From Candidatus Limnocylindria bacterium (GTDB lineage: Bacteria; Chloroflexota; Limnocylindria; QHBO01), in the NCBI GenBank assembly GCA_038250515.1, contig JBBSCG010000001.1:25155-89154 (forward strand): 64,000 nt of DNA, written 5' to 3'. Position 1 is the stretch's first letter, and every line of letters begins with the position of its first letter. The position numbers and the translations under genes were made by a program. The notes beneath the pieces are model-generated. The model worked only from the letters and a program-made list of their open reading frames with translations, was not told the origin of the DNA and did no database searches. Below, in pieces: positions 28,768 through 37,253 of this stretch.

Positions 28768-30150
28768 TCACGCGCGAGGCAGGAGGTAGGTCTCCAAACC
28801 TTCCTCGAGTGGTGTGAGGCGCCGCGGCATCCGATCCAGCAGTGGTCGCGTATCGGTCTCGGCCGGCTGGTTCACGAAGTCGACGCCTCCAGGCGTCAGC
28901 GGCCGGCCGGGAACGAATTGCAGCAGCGATGCCGCGAGCTTTACCAGCGGCGCCGGCGCCGGGAGCAGCGGCCGCCGAAGCTTCGCCACGCGGAGCGCAC
29001 GCCGGATCACCTCGCGCATGGACATGGTCTCCGGACCGCCGATCTCGAAGACCCGGTTGTGCGCCGCATCGGCGACCAGCGAGTCGGCGACCAGCTCGGC
29101 GACGTCGCGCACGAAGACGGGGGCCAGCGGCTGTCCGCCGAAGTTGCTGAGCGGGACGAATGGCAGCGTGCGCGCGAAACCGAGGAACCGATTGAGCGCC
29201 ACGTCGCGCGGCCCGAAGATCCACGTCGGCCGGATGATGGTGTAGTCGATCCCGCTGTGCCGGATAGCCTCCTCGGCGCGCCACTTGGCTCGGAACCAGT
29301 GTCGTTCGGCATCAGGCGCCGCGCCCGCGCCGGACATGTAGACCAGCCGGGTAACTCCGGCCTGTTTCGCAGCCGTGGTGAGCCGCTCCGTGCCCGCCGC
29401 GTCGACGGCCTCGAAGGTCCAGCCTTTCGCCGGATCCTCCATCGGCAGATTGGGAAAGGCGAGCGCGATGGCGAGCGCGTCGACGCCGCGGAGGGCGTCG
29501 ACCAAACCGTCGGCCCGGGAGACATCGGCCTCGCGAATCTCGACGCCGTCGGGCAGATTCTCGCCAGCCGTCTTCGGGTTGTGGCTCAGCACCACGACGC
29601 TGTGGCCGCGGCGGTGCAGCTCGGCAGCAATCTCGCCGCCGACGAAGCCTGATCCGCCGGCGACGGCGACGGTCATCGGTTGCTCAAGGCTTGCGCGCAG
29701 GGGCAGCAGGCGCTCCATTGCCGCACCGCGGTAGCCGAAGGTCTGCTCGAGCCGCGGCCGGACGACGAACCGGTTCAGGAGGTCGCCCAGCGGCCCGAAC
29801 GGCAGCCCGTAGGTGACCTCGTCCTCGACGCGGGTCCCGCCCGCCTCCTCGCTGAACGAATGCACGTGGTGCCAGCGCCGGTACGGCCCGCGCAGCTGGA
29901 CGTCGTCGAAATGCGCGTCACTCACGTAGTCGTTGATCACGCTCGTCCAGCCGATCGCGATCCCGAGGAAGGGTCGGATGCGGCAGTCGATGACTAAACC
30001 CGTGCGCATCTGGCGATCTGCCGAGCGCAGCTCAAAGCCCAGCCCGTCCGGGGTCAGCCGTCCGAGGTTCTCGGGCATGGCGAAGAACGTGAAGACTTCG
30101 CGCAATGGCCGATCCACGTGCTGGCTGGCCCGAATGGTGTGTGTGCTCAT
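28768..30150 (-). CDS. Fusion protein: N-terminal SRPBCC (START/Coq10-like) domain plus C-terminal NAD(P)-binding epimerase/NmrA/NDUFA9-like Rossmann domain
   Basis: The N-terminus HVDRPLREVFTFFAMPENL...GPYRRWHHVHSF fits the SRPBCC fold. The C-terminus MTVAVAGGSGFVGGEIAAELHRRGHSVVVLSHNP...YMSGAGA carries a Rossmann GxxGxxG. It sits between nuoJ and the nuoG-like gene. Confidence 0.6.
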   Translation of the reverse strand: MSTHTIRASQHVDRPLREVFTFFAMPENLGRLTPDGLGFELRSADRQMRTGLVIDCRIRPFLGIAIGWTSVINDYVSDAHFDDVQLRGPYRRWHHVHSFSEEAGGTRVEDEVTYGLPFGPLGDLLNRFVVRPRLEQTFGYRGAAMERLLPLRASLEQPMTVAVAGGSGFVGGEIAAELHRRGHSVVVLSHNPKTAGENLPDGVEIREADVSRADGLVDALRGVDALAIALAFPNLPMEDPAKGWTFEAVDAAGTERLTTAAKQAGVTRLVYMSGAGAAPDAERHWFRAKWRAEEAIRHSGIDYTIIRPTWIFGPRDVALNRFLGFARTLPFVPLSNFGGQPLAPVFVRDVAELVADSLVADAAHNRVFEIGGPETMSMREVIRRALRVAKLRRPLLPAPAPLVKLAASLLQFVPGRPLTPGGVDFVNQPAETDTRPLLDRMPRRLTPLEEGLETYLLPRA

Positions 30151-30324
30151 GATCGTGTTGAACTCTCGACTCGCTATGAGCGCGCAGGTGGATCACCAGC
30201 GCGTATACCGGCTACCTTGATGTAGGAAGTATGGGTCCCTATACCGGCTACTGTCAAGGTGCAAGTAAGCCATGAACCGCGCGCTGCCCGCACGCTCATC
30301 AACTTCGACAAAGATGGGATCCGT

Positions 30325-32712
30325 CTAGCGGGTGGGACGCTCCCGATCGGACATCTCCAAGATGTCGAGCATCGGCAGATCACGCTGGTACTCGCTGAAC
30401 TCGAACTCGGGGCCGCAGCGGAGGGCGTCGTACGGGCAGGCATCGGCGCAGATGCCGCAGAAGATGCAGCGCGAGACGTCGAGCTGGTAGGTCTCCAGCG
30501 TCCGCGGCCGCGGCATCAGGGCGCCCACCGGGCACGTTTCGGCGCATCGGCCGCAGGAGACGCATGGCGTCTCGTTCAGAGAAACGAAGTCTGCGGTGGT
30601 GACCAGCGAGTCGAAGCCCTTGCCGATGAAGTCGTAGCAGCCGGCGCCGACGATGTCCTTGCAGACCTGGGCGCATCGGCCGCAGTCGATGCAGCGTGAG
30701 TAGTCGCGCAGGATGAAGGAATGCGTCTCGTCACGCCCGTAGCCGTGGTTGACACCGACATATGGGTTGTCCTGGATCGAACGCTCATCGATCGCCATGT
30801 TGAGCGTCGTCTCGTACTCGATCGCCGCCTCGCGCAGGTCGCAGTGGCCGATCGCCTCGCAGGTGCACTGCAGGCAGCGGTCGGCCTCCGCCATCGCCTG
30901 GTCGTGGGTGTAGCCGTATTCGTACTCGTTGAAGTTGTCGCGTCGCTGTTCCGCGTCGCCCTTGCCCATCAACGCGCGCGGCTCCTTCACGTCGTCGGTG
31001 AAGGGCACGATGGTCAGGAAGCTCGGCTGCGGCTCCGACACGATGCGGCGCACCTGCGGATCGTCGAGGTCGTGGCCGCGGAGCCAGTAGTCCATCGCGT
31101 ACGATGCCCGTCTGGCCTCCCCGATCGCCTCGACCACCGTGGCCGATCCGGTGCGGACATCGCCCGAGACGAAGACTTTCGGCACGTTGGTGCGGAAGAT
31201 GTCCTCCTCGCTGACGAGCGTGCCACGCCGCGAGACCTCCAGGGCGGAACGAATCTCCTCCGGCTCCGTCTCGATCCAATGCAGGTCGGGCCCCTGGCCG
31301 ATGGCGCCCAGCACGGTGTCGCAGTCGACCACGAACTCGGTGCCGGGCATCGGCTCGGGACGGCGGCGACCCTTTTCGTCGGGCTCGCCGAGCTTCATGC
31401 GCTGGAACTCGACGCCGGTCACTCGGTCGTTCTTGTCGGTGACGATGCGCGTCGGCGCGGCCTGGAAGATGACCCGCGCGCCCTCCTCGATTGCCTCATG
31501 CACCTCGTCCTGGGCGGGCATGTCCTTCAGGTCGCGGCGGTAGACCAGGGTCACTTCCGCAGCGCCCTGCCGGATCGAGGTGCGTGTGCAGTCGATTGCG
31601 GTGAACCCGCCGCCGATGACCACCACGCGGGCATCGTGCAGCTTGGGCACGGTCACGCCGCGGGTCGAGTTGTAGAGGTTCTCGAGAGCGTTGACCATCC
31701 CGTCGGCCTCCTCGCCAGGGATGCCGAGCACGTTCGACTGGTAGCAGCCGATCGAGATGTAGATGGCGTCGTAGTCGGGCAGCAGGTCGCCAATGTGGAA
31801 ATCGCGGCCGAGGCGCATATTCGGCTTCAGCCGCGCGCCGAGCTCCCAAACGTGGTTCAGCTCGCGGTCCATCCAGCCCTTCGGCAGACGGTACTGCGGG
31901 ATGCCGTAGCGCAGCATGCCGCCCTGCTCGGGCTCCGCCTCGAAGACGTCGCACTGATGGCCGCGCAGCTGCAGGTAGTACGCGTTGGCCATCCCGGCAG
32001 GGCCGGCGCCGATGACCGCCACGCGCTTGCCCGTCGGCGGGTCCTTGGGCCACGGGATGGGAGCCGGAGCATCGACCTCCAAAACGCGGTCTGCGCAGTA
32101 GCGATGCGAATCGCGGATGGCGATCGCGGTGTCCACCTCTTCCCGGCGGCAATGCGTCTCGCACGGTGCCGGGCACACGCGGCCGAGGATCGCCGGGAAC
32201 GGCAGCGAGCGCTTCAGGATGCGCGTCGCCTCTTCCCAGTTGCCGAGGGTGTTCTGCTTCAGGTAGCCGGGGATGTCGACCCGCGTCGGGCACTTGAACT
32301 GGCAGGGCGGCAGACAGTACGCGTCGTGGTCGGAGAAGATGAGCTCGAGGACCATCCGGCGGTTCTCGATCAGCCGATCCGAGTGGGTGGTGATGACCAT
32401 CCCCTCGTCGATCTTGGTGCCGCATGAGATGGGCGTATCCTCGCGTCCCTCGACCTCGACGACGCAGATGCGGCAGGCACCGTAGGGCGCCAGCTTCGGC
32501 TCGTAGCACAGGGTCGGCACGTCGATGCCCAGCACGCGGCAGGCCTGCAGGATGGTCTGGCCCTCCTCGGCCTGCATCTGCTCGCCGTCGACCGTGACGC
32601 TGATCTTGCGGGTGCCGGGCACCATCGGCCAGGTCGGCGTGTAGTCCTCGATCTTGCCGTTGCCGTGGCCGTTCCCGTTGCGGCCGTTGCCGTTCGTCGT
32701 GCCGAAGGTCAT
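30325..32712 (-). CDS. Multidomain Fe-S flavoprotein (795 aa): NuoG-N/HoxU-like 2Fe-2S domain, GltD-like NAD(P)H:FAD oxidoreductase, NuoG-like 4Fe-4S segment and NuoI-like 2x[4Fe-4S] C-terminus
   Basis: The 2Fe-2S region is KISVTVDGEQMQAEEGQTILQACRVLGIDVPTLCYEPKLAPYGACRICVVEV. The GltD N-terminal cluster region CLPPCQFKCP...GRVCPAPCETHC is followed by FAD/NAD folds VAVIGAGPAGMANAYY and VVVIGGGFTAIDC. RCIDCGRCAQVCKD is the NuoG-like 4Fe-4S motif. The C-terminus CVSCGRCAETCPVGAL...CIFCGICADACPYDAL...PEFEFSEY matches the NuoI C-terminus. The N-terminus carries an (Asn-Gly)n low-complexity run. Confidence 0.6.
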   Translation of the reverse strand: MTFGTTNGNGRNGNGHGNGKIEDYTPTWPMVPGTRKISVTVDGEQMQAEEGQTILQACRVLGIDVPTLCYEPKLAPYGACRICVVEVEGREDTPISCGTKIDEGMVITTHSDRLIENRRMVLELIFSDHDAYCLPPCQFKCPTRVDIPGYLKQNTLGNWEEATRILKRSLPFPAILGRVCPAPCETHCRREEVDTAIAIRDSHRYCADRVLEVDAPAPIPWPKDPPTGKRVAVIGAGPAGMANAYYLQLRGHQCDVFEAEPEQGGMLRYGIPQYRLPKGWMDRELNHVWELGARLKPNMRLGRDFHIGDLLPDYDAIYISIGCYQSNVLGIPGEEADGMVNALENLYNSTRGVTVPKLHDARVVVIGGGFTAIDCTRTSIRQGAAEVTLVYRRDLKDMPAQDEVHEAIEEGARVIFQAAPTRIVTDKNDRVTGVEFQRMKLGEPDEKGRRRPEPMPGTEFVVDCDTVLGAIGQGPDLHWIETEPEEIRSALEVSRRGTLVSEEDIFRTNVPKVFVSGDVRTGSATVVEAIGEARRASYAMDYWLRGHDLDDPQVRRIVSEPQPSFLTIVPFTDDVKEPRALMGKGDAEQRRDNFNEYEYGYTHDQAMAEADRCLQCTCEAIGHCDLREAAIEYETTLNMAIDERSIQDNPYVGVNHGYGRDETHSFILRDYSRCIDCGRCAQVCKDIVGAGCYDFIGKGFDSLVTTADFVSLNETPCVSCGRCAETCPVGALMPRPRTLETYQLDVSRCIFCGICADACPYDALRCGPEFEFSEYQRDLPMLDILEMSDRERPTR

Positions 32713-32717
32713 GGTCG

Positions 32718-34085
32718 CTATGCTACCGGCTCGACGCCGGACACGGGCGTGAGCAGCGGGGGAAGGTCCGCAGTCTGGCACGAGCCGGCCAGGCAGATGC
32801 CGCGCTCCGCGTGGGCGCGGTACTCGTCGGGGAAGCGCTCGAGCGTCGTCAGCATCGGTCCCGGCGCGCGCGCCTCGAGGTGGCACAGCGCCGTGTCGTG
32901 CATCTTGCGCGACAGCTCGCGCAGCAGCGTGAAGTCGTCCGGACGGGGTGTCGCCGCCAGGATCCGGTCGAGCGTTTCGACCAGGCGCTTGGTGCCGATC
33001 CGGCAGGGCACCGCCTTGCCGCACGCCTCGCGGGCGGAGTGGTCCAAAAAGAAGCGTGCCGTGTCGACCATGCAGATGCTCGCATCGGTCACCAGGATGG
33101 ATCCAAGGCCGATGACGGCGCCTGCGGCGCCGAGCGTCTCGAAGTCGTACGGCGTTTCAAGACTGGCCGCATCGATGGCTCCGCCACCCGACCCGCCGAT
33201 GAACAGCGCCTTGGTGCTGCCCGTCCCGCCGCCGGCCGCGGAGAGCAGCTGAATGAGCGGGATTCCGAGCGGCACCTCGATCAGCCCCGCTTCGGGCACC
33301 TTGCCGAAGATGCTGACCAGCTTGGTGCCTTTGCTGGTCTCCGATCCGACCGATGCGAAGGCCTCCGCGGAGTGCGCCAGGATCCATGCCGCGTGAGCTA
33401 GCGTCTCGGCGTTCTGCACCACGGTCGGCGCGTTCATGAAGCCACGTTCGGTGGGGTAGGGCGGACGGATGATCGGCATGCCGCGATCGCCGGCCAGCGC
33501 CGCCAGCAATGCCGTCTCCTCGCCGGCGACCAGCGCACCGGAGCCTTCCCACAGTGCGACCTGCACGCTGACGTCCGTCCCCAGGATGAGATAGCCGGCC
33601 ATGCGCGCGGCCTCGGCCTCGGCGATTGCGCCACGTAGCCGCTCGATCGCCAGCGCCCAGTCACGTCGCACGGCCATGTACGTCTCGCTGGCGCCGACCG
33701 CGAATGCGGCGATCAGCAGACCCTCCAGCACGAGGTGCGGATTGCCCTCGGCGAGTGCGCGATCGCCCAGCGCGGTGGGGTCGGCACCCATCAGGTTGGC
33801 GACGACCACCTTGCGCTCGGCGTCGGCGGAGCGGGCCGCCCGCCATTTGTTGGCGGTCGGGTAGCCCGAGCCGCCCCGGCCGCGCAGCTGCGCCGAGCCG
33901 ATCTCACCGATGGTGGCCTCGGGTCCGAGCTTGCCGATTGCGCGCTCAAGCCCGTCGTAGCCGCCGTGCTGCCGGTAGCTCTCAAGCGACGTGGGATCGA
34001 TCCGACCGATGTCGGTCAGCAGGCGCGGCTCGCCACCACGCAGGATGCGGATCTGCGGCGAGAGGCCGGCGATCTCGTTGGCCAT
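32718..34085 (-). CDS. NuoF (51 kDa)-like subunit with non-canonical FMN motif and a 3-Cys N3 site
   Basis: GRGGSGYPTANKW and GSGALVAGEETALLAALAGDRGMP match the NuoF NADH-binding folds. The FMN loop reads VVANLMGADP where CNADEGEPG is canonical. The N3 motif reads ACGKAVPCR (middle Cys replaced by Ala) plus the distal ALCHL. Confidence 0.65.
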   Translation of the reverse strand: MANEIAGLSPQIRILRGGEPRLLTDIGRIDPTSLESYRQHGGYDGLERAIGKLGPEATIGEIGSAQLRGRGGSGYPTANKWRAARSADAERKVVVANLMGADPTALGDRALAEGNPHLVLEGLLIAAFAVGASETYMAVRRDWALAIERLRGAIAEAEAARMAGYLILGTDVSVQVALWEGSGALVAGEETALLAALAGDRGMPIIRPPYPTERGFMNAPTVVQNAETLAHAAWILAHSAEAFASVGSETSKGTKLVSIFGKVPEAGLIEVPLGIPLIQLLSAAGGGTGSTKALFIGGSGGGAIDAASLETPYDFETLGAAGAVIGLGSILVTDASICMVDTARFFLDHSAREACGKAVPCRIGTKRLVETLDRILAATPRPDDFTLLRELSRKMHDTALCHLEARAPGPMLTTLERFPDEYRAHAERGICLAGSCQTADLPPLLTPVSGVEPVA

Positions 34086-34087
34086 GC

Positions 34088-34942
34088 TCAGTGCGCCCCG
34101 GCCGGCTGGCGAGTACCGGAGGTCGGCTCGGCTGCAGCGTGCCGCCGCTCGTGGACCAGGTGCAGCGCTTGCTCCGTGCTCAGCGGTCCGTAGACCAACG
34201 TGTCGACACGCACGGCTGGCGCGATGGCACCCGCGCCCACATCGCTCGACGTTTCGAGGCTGAAGCGGCCGTCATCGGTCGCCTCGCCGGGAGCGACGCC
34301 CAGCTCGCTGCGCAGCGCAGCCAGGATTTGATCGCCGCCCGCGAAGCGGCAGGCCGCGCAGTCGCACACGGTGATGATGTGGCCTTCGCCGGGAAGCAGG
34401 CGAAAGCCGCCCAAGCCGGCGGCGCCGAAGACCTGCGCCCAGTGGATCGTCGTCCGGTCGCTGATCAGCCGCAGTGCGCGCTCGGGCAGGTAGCCGTAGC
34501 GCGTCTCGACCGCCTGGAAGATGGCGACCAGTGCCTCCGGCTTCGCCCCGAAGCCGTCCACCAGCTCGTTGACCCAGTCGGTGTCGATGGCCTCGTCCCA
34601 GCGGGCCGCGTTGCGCATCGGTCGTGCGGGAAGGCCGGTGCGGCGGTAGGCGTTCGGATCCTTGCGCTCGTCGTAGATCTCCGGCATGCCGTATCGGATG
34701 CGGTTGCCCTGCGAGTCGAAGCCGCTCATGTCGATCGCCTCGACCGGGCATACCATGGCGCACTGGAAGCAGACCTCGCACTTGTGCTCGCCGAACGGGT
34801 CGTAGATGAGGTCGAGGCGGCCACGCCATCGGTCGGAGAGCTGCGGACGCGTCTCGGGATACTGGCGCGTGACCTTCGTCGAGAAGAAGTTGCGCAGGGT
34901 CGTGGCGAAGCCCTTGACAATGCCAGTGCCGGGAATGGCCAT
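34088..34942 (-). CDS. Fusion of the NuoI N-terminal half (one 4Fe-4S motif) with an NuoE (24 kDa)-like thioredoxin-fold domain lacking two of four 2Fe-2S cysteines
   Basis: The N-terminus TTLRNFFSTKVTRQYPETRP...RGRLDLIY...CEVCFQCAMVCPVEAI is the NuoI N-terminus, but the second CxxCxxCxxxCP is absent. The C-terminus YGYLPERALRLISDRTTIHWAQVFG...HIITVCDCAACRFAGGDQILAALRSELGVAPGEATDDGRFSLETSSDVGAGAIAP is NuoE-like, with Cys3 and Cys4 replaced by D and G. Confidence 0.6.
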   Translation of the reverse strand: MAIPGTGIVKGFATTLRNFFSTKVTRQYPETRPQLSDRWRGRLDLIYDPFGEHKCEVCFQCAMVCPVEAIDMSGFDSQGNRIRYGMPEIYDERKDPNAYRRTGLPARPMRNAARWDEAIDTDWVNELVDGFGAKPEALVAIFQAVETRYGYLPERALRLISDRTTIHWAQVFGAAGLGGFRLLPGEGHIITVCDCAACRFAGGDQILAALRSELGVAPGEATDDGRFSLETSSDVGAGAIAPAVRVDTLVYGPLSTEQALHLVHERRHAAAEPTSGTRQPAGAH

Positions 34943-34958
34943 CGGTCTATTTGCGCTC

Positions 34959-35969
34959 CTACAGCTTGAAGACGACGACCACGATGGCCGTCACGAACAG
35001 ATTGACAAGGGCCAGCGGCAAGAGCACCTTCCAGGCCATGCCCATCAGCTGGTCGACGCGCACGCGCGGCAGGGTGGCGCGGGCCCAGATGGAGACGAAG
35101 ACGAAGAAGTACGTCTTGAGCAGGAACCAGAAGAGGCCGTAGATCGTGCCGCCGAAGCCGCCGAGCTGCGCCGGGAACGGCCACGGCGCAAGCCAGCCAC
35201 CGAAGAAGAGCGTCACCAGGATGGCGCTCATGATGAACAGGCTGACGTACTCGGCGAAGAAGAAGAAGCCGAAGCGCATGCCCGAGTACTCGGTCGCGAA
35301 GCCGGCCACGATCTCCGAATCGGCCTCGACCATGTCGAACGGCGTGCGGTTGATCTCCGCGGTCGAGGCGATGAAGAAGACCGGTAGGCCAATCCACTGC
35401 CACAGGATCGCCCAGCCGTGATGGTGCTGCCAGTCGATGATATTGGTGAAGCTCAGCGTGCTGGTCAGGATGACCACGCCCACGATCGACAGCGTCAGCG
35501 GGATCTCGTAGCTGACCATCTGCGCTGCGCTGCGCAGCCCGCCGAGCAGCGAGTACTTGTTGTAGCTGGCCCAGCCGGCGACCAGCAGTCCGACCACCGA
35601 CAGGCCGATGATGGCGAAGAAGTAGATGACGCTGATCTCGGAGTCGAGTGCCACGAGGCCCGGCGCGAAGGGGATCACCAGCATGCTCATGGCGGCCGCC
35701 ATGAACACCATCCAGGGCGCCATGGTGAAGATCGGCCGGTCCGCCTGGTCCGGCGTGAAGTCCTCCTTGGCGAGCACCTTGAACCCGTGAATCGCGCTCT
35801 GGAACACGCCGGCCGGTCCCACCCGGTTCGGACCGATGCGCAGCTGCATCAGAGCGATCACCTTCAGCTCGAGGTAGATGATGATGAAGGCGGTTGGGAC
35901 GGTGAGCAGCAGCAGCAGGGTCGTGGCCAGCACGAAGCGCCCGACGCCGAGCAGCAGGTCGGGCTCCAT
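34959..35969 (-). CDS. nuoH: NADH-quinone oxidoreductase subunit H
   Basis: IIIYLELKVIALMQLRIGPNRVGPAGVFQSAIHGFKVLAKEDF matches the NuoH signature. Confidence 0.85.
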   Translation of the reverse strand: MEPDLLLGVGRFVLATTLLLLLTVPTAFIIIYLELKVIALMQLRIGPNRVGPAGVFQSAIHGFKVLAKEDFTPDQADRPIFTMAPWMVFMAAAMSMLVIPFAPGLVALDSEISVIYFFAIIGLSVVGLLVAGWASYNKYSLLGGLRSAAQMVSYEIPLTLSIVGVVILTSTLSFTNIIDWQHHHGWAILWQWIGLPVFFIASTAEINRTPFDMVEADSEIVAGFATEYSGMRFGFFFFAEYVSLFIMSAILVTLFFGGWLAPWPFPAQLGGFGGTIYGLFWFLLKTYFFVFVSIWARATLPRVRVDQLMGMAWKVLLPLALVNLFVTAIVVVVFKL

Positions 35970-37253
35970 CTACTTGTCGACGCCGCCCATGATCGGATCG
36001 AGGCTGGCCATGATCGCCATGGTATCGGCCAGCAGATGACCGGGCATCAGCTTCGGCATTACCTGGAGCGTGATGTAGCTGGGGTCGCGCATGCGGAACC
36101 GATACGGGTTTGGCCCGCCATCGCTGATCGCATACACGCTGTACAGGCCGCGCGGACTCTCGATCGCGGCGTAGGCGCGCCCCGGCTTCGGACGGATGAT
36201 GCCCGGCACCTGCGCCTGCACCGGGCCGTGCGGCATCCGCTCGACGATCTGGTCGATGAGGTGGATGCTCTGCTTGATCTCGGCCACGCGCTGCAGGTAC
36301 CTGGCGTAGGTGTCGCCGGCCTGCTGGGTCACGACGTCGAACTCGAGCTCGTTGTAGATCGAGTACGGGTGCGCCTTGCGCACGTCGAACGGCACGCCGC
36401 TGGCGCGCAGGTTGGGTCCAGTCACCCCCAGGTTCACTGCGTCTTTGGCGGTCAGGATGCCGAGCCCCTTGGTCCGCGCCGTGAAGATCTCGTTCTGGGT
36501 GAGTAGCAGCTCGTTGTCGCCGATGGTCTTGGCCACGTTGCTGCGCCACGTCGAGAGGCGCGAGATGAACTCATCGCTGATGTCCCAGTTCACGCCGCCG
36601 ACGCGGAAGAAGTTGAAGAGCATGCGCTGGCCGCTGATGCTCGAGAGGAGCTCGACCGTCTCGTCGCGGTTGATGAAGCCATACAGGATGGGCGTGATGC
36701 CGCCCATGTCGAGCGCCAGGAAGCCCATCATCAGGGCGTGGCTGAAGACGCGGTTGAGCTCGACCACCAGCGCCCGGATGTACTCGGCGCGCTTTGGGAC
36801 CTCGACGTCGTATAGCTTCTCGAAAGCGATCGCCGGCGCGTGCTCGTTGTGCATCGCCGACATGTAGTCCATCGGGTCGACGTAGGTCAGGACGGTGGTG
36901 TAGGTCGCGTTCTCGCACAGCTTCTCGATGCCGCGGTGCAGGTAGCCGAGCACCGGGTCGAGATCGGTGACCACCTCGCCGCGCACCTTGACCAGCAGTC
37001 GCATGACGCCGTGGGTCGAGGGGTGCTGCGGACCCATGTTGAGCAGCATCTCGCCCTCGCCGACCGAGAAGAGGCGGCGCTCACGCTCGGTCTGCGGCGG
37101 ACGATCCGGCAGGCCCACCTGTTCGAAGCCGGCGTACTCGCCCCGGCCCTCGCCGCGCGAGCCGAGGCCGGCCGCGGCGCGCAGCCGTTCCTCTTCTTGG
37201 CGGTCGAGATCGATCGGATCGGGGATGCGGACGTCGGGATCGATGGCGGTCAT
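35970..37253 (-). CDS. nuoD: NADH-quinone oxidoreductase subunit D (49 kDa) with an N-terminal extension of about 55 aa
   Basis: EMLLNMGPQHPSTHGVMRLLVKVRGEVV... and C-terminal LADTMAIMASLDPIMGGVDK match NuoD. Confidence 0.85.
   Translation of the reverse strand: MTAIDPDVRIPDPIDLDRQEEERLRAAAGLGSRGEGRGEYAGFEQVGLPDRPPQTERERRLFSVGEGEMLLNMGPQHPSTHGVMRLLVKVRGEVVTDLDPVLGYLHRGIEKLCENATYTTVLTYVDPMDYMSAMHNEHAPAIAFEKLYDVEVPKRAEYIRALVVELNRVFSHALMMGFLALDMGGITPILYGFINRDETVELLSSISGQRMLFNFFRVGGVNWDISDEFISRLSTWRSNVAKTIGDNELLLTQNEIFTARTKGLGILTAKDAVNLGVTGPNLRASGVPFDVRKAHPYSIYNELEFDVVTQQAGDTYARYLQRVAEIKQSIHLIDQIVERMPHGPVQAQVPGIIRPKPGRAYAAIESPRGLYSVYAISDGGPNPYRFRMRDPSYITLQVMPKLMPGHLLADTMAIMASLDPIMGGVDK

Noticed and set aside
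30721-32427. 568-aa plus-strand ORF, plus 28636-29652 and 33626-34969 plus-strand ORFs
   Set aside because: They are antisense to the Fe-S flavoprotein fusion, the SRPBCC-epimerase gene and the NuoF-like gene, which all show clear motif-level homology on the minus strand.
35418-36506. 362-aa plus-strand ORF
   Set aside because: It is antisense to nuoD and nuoH.
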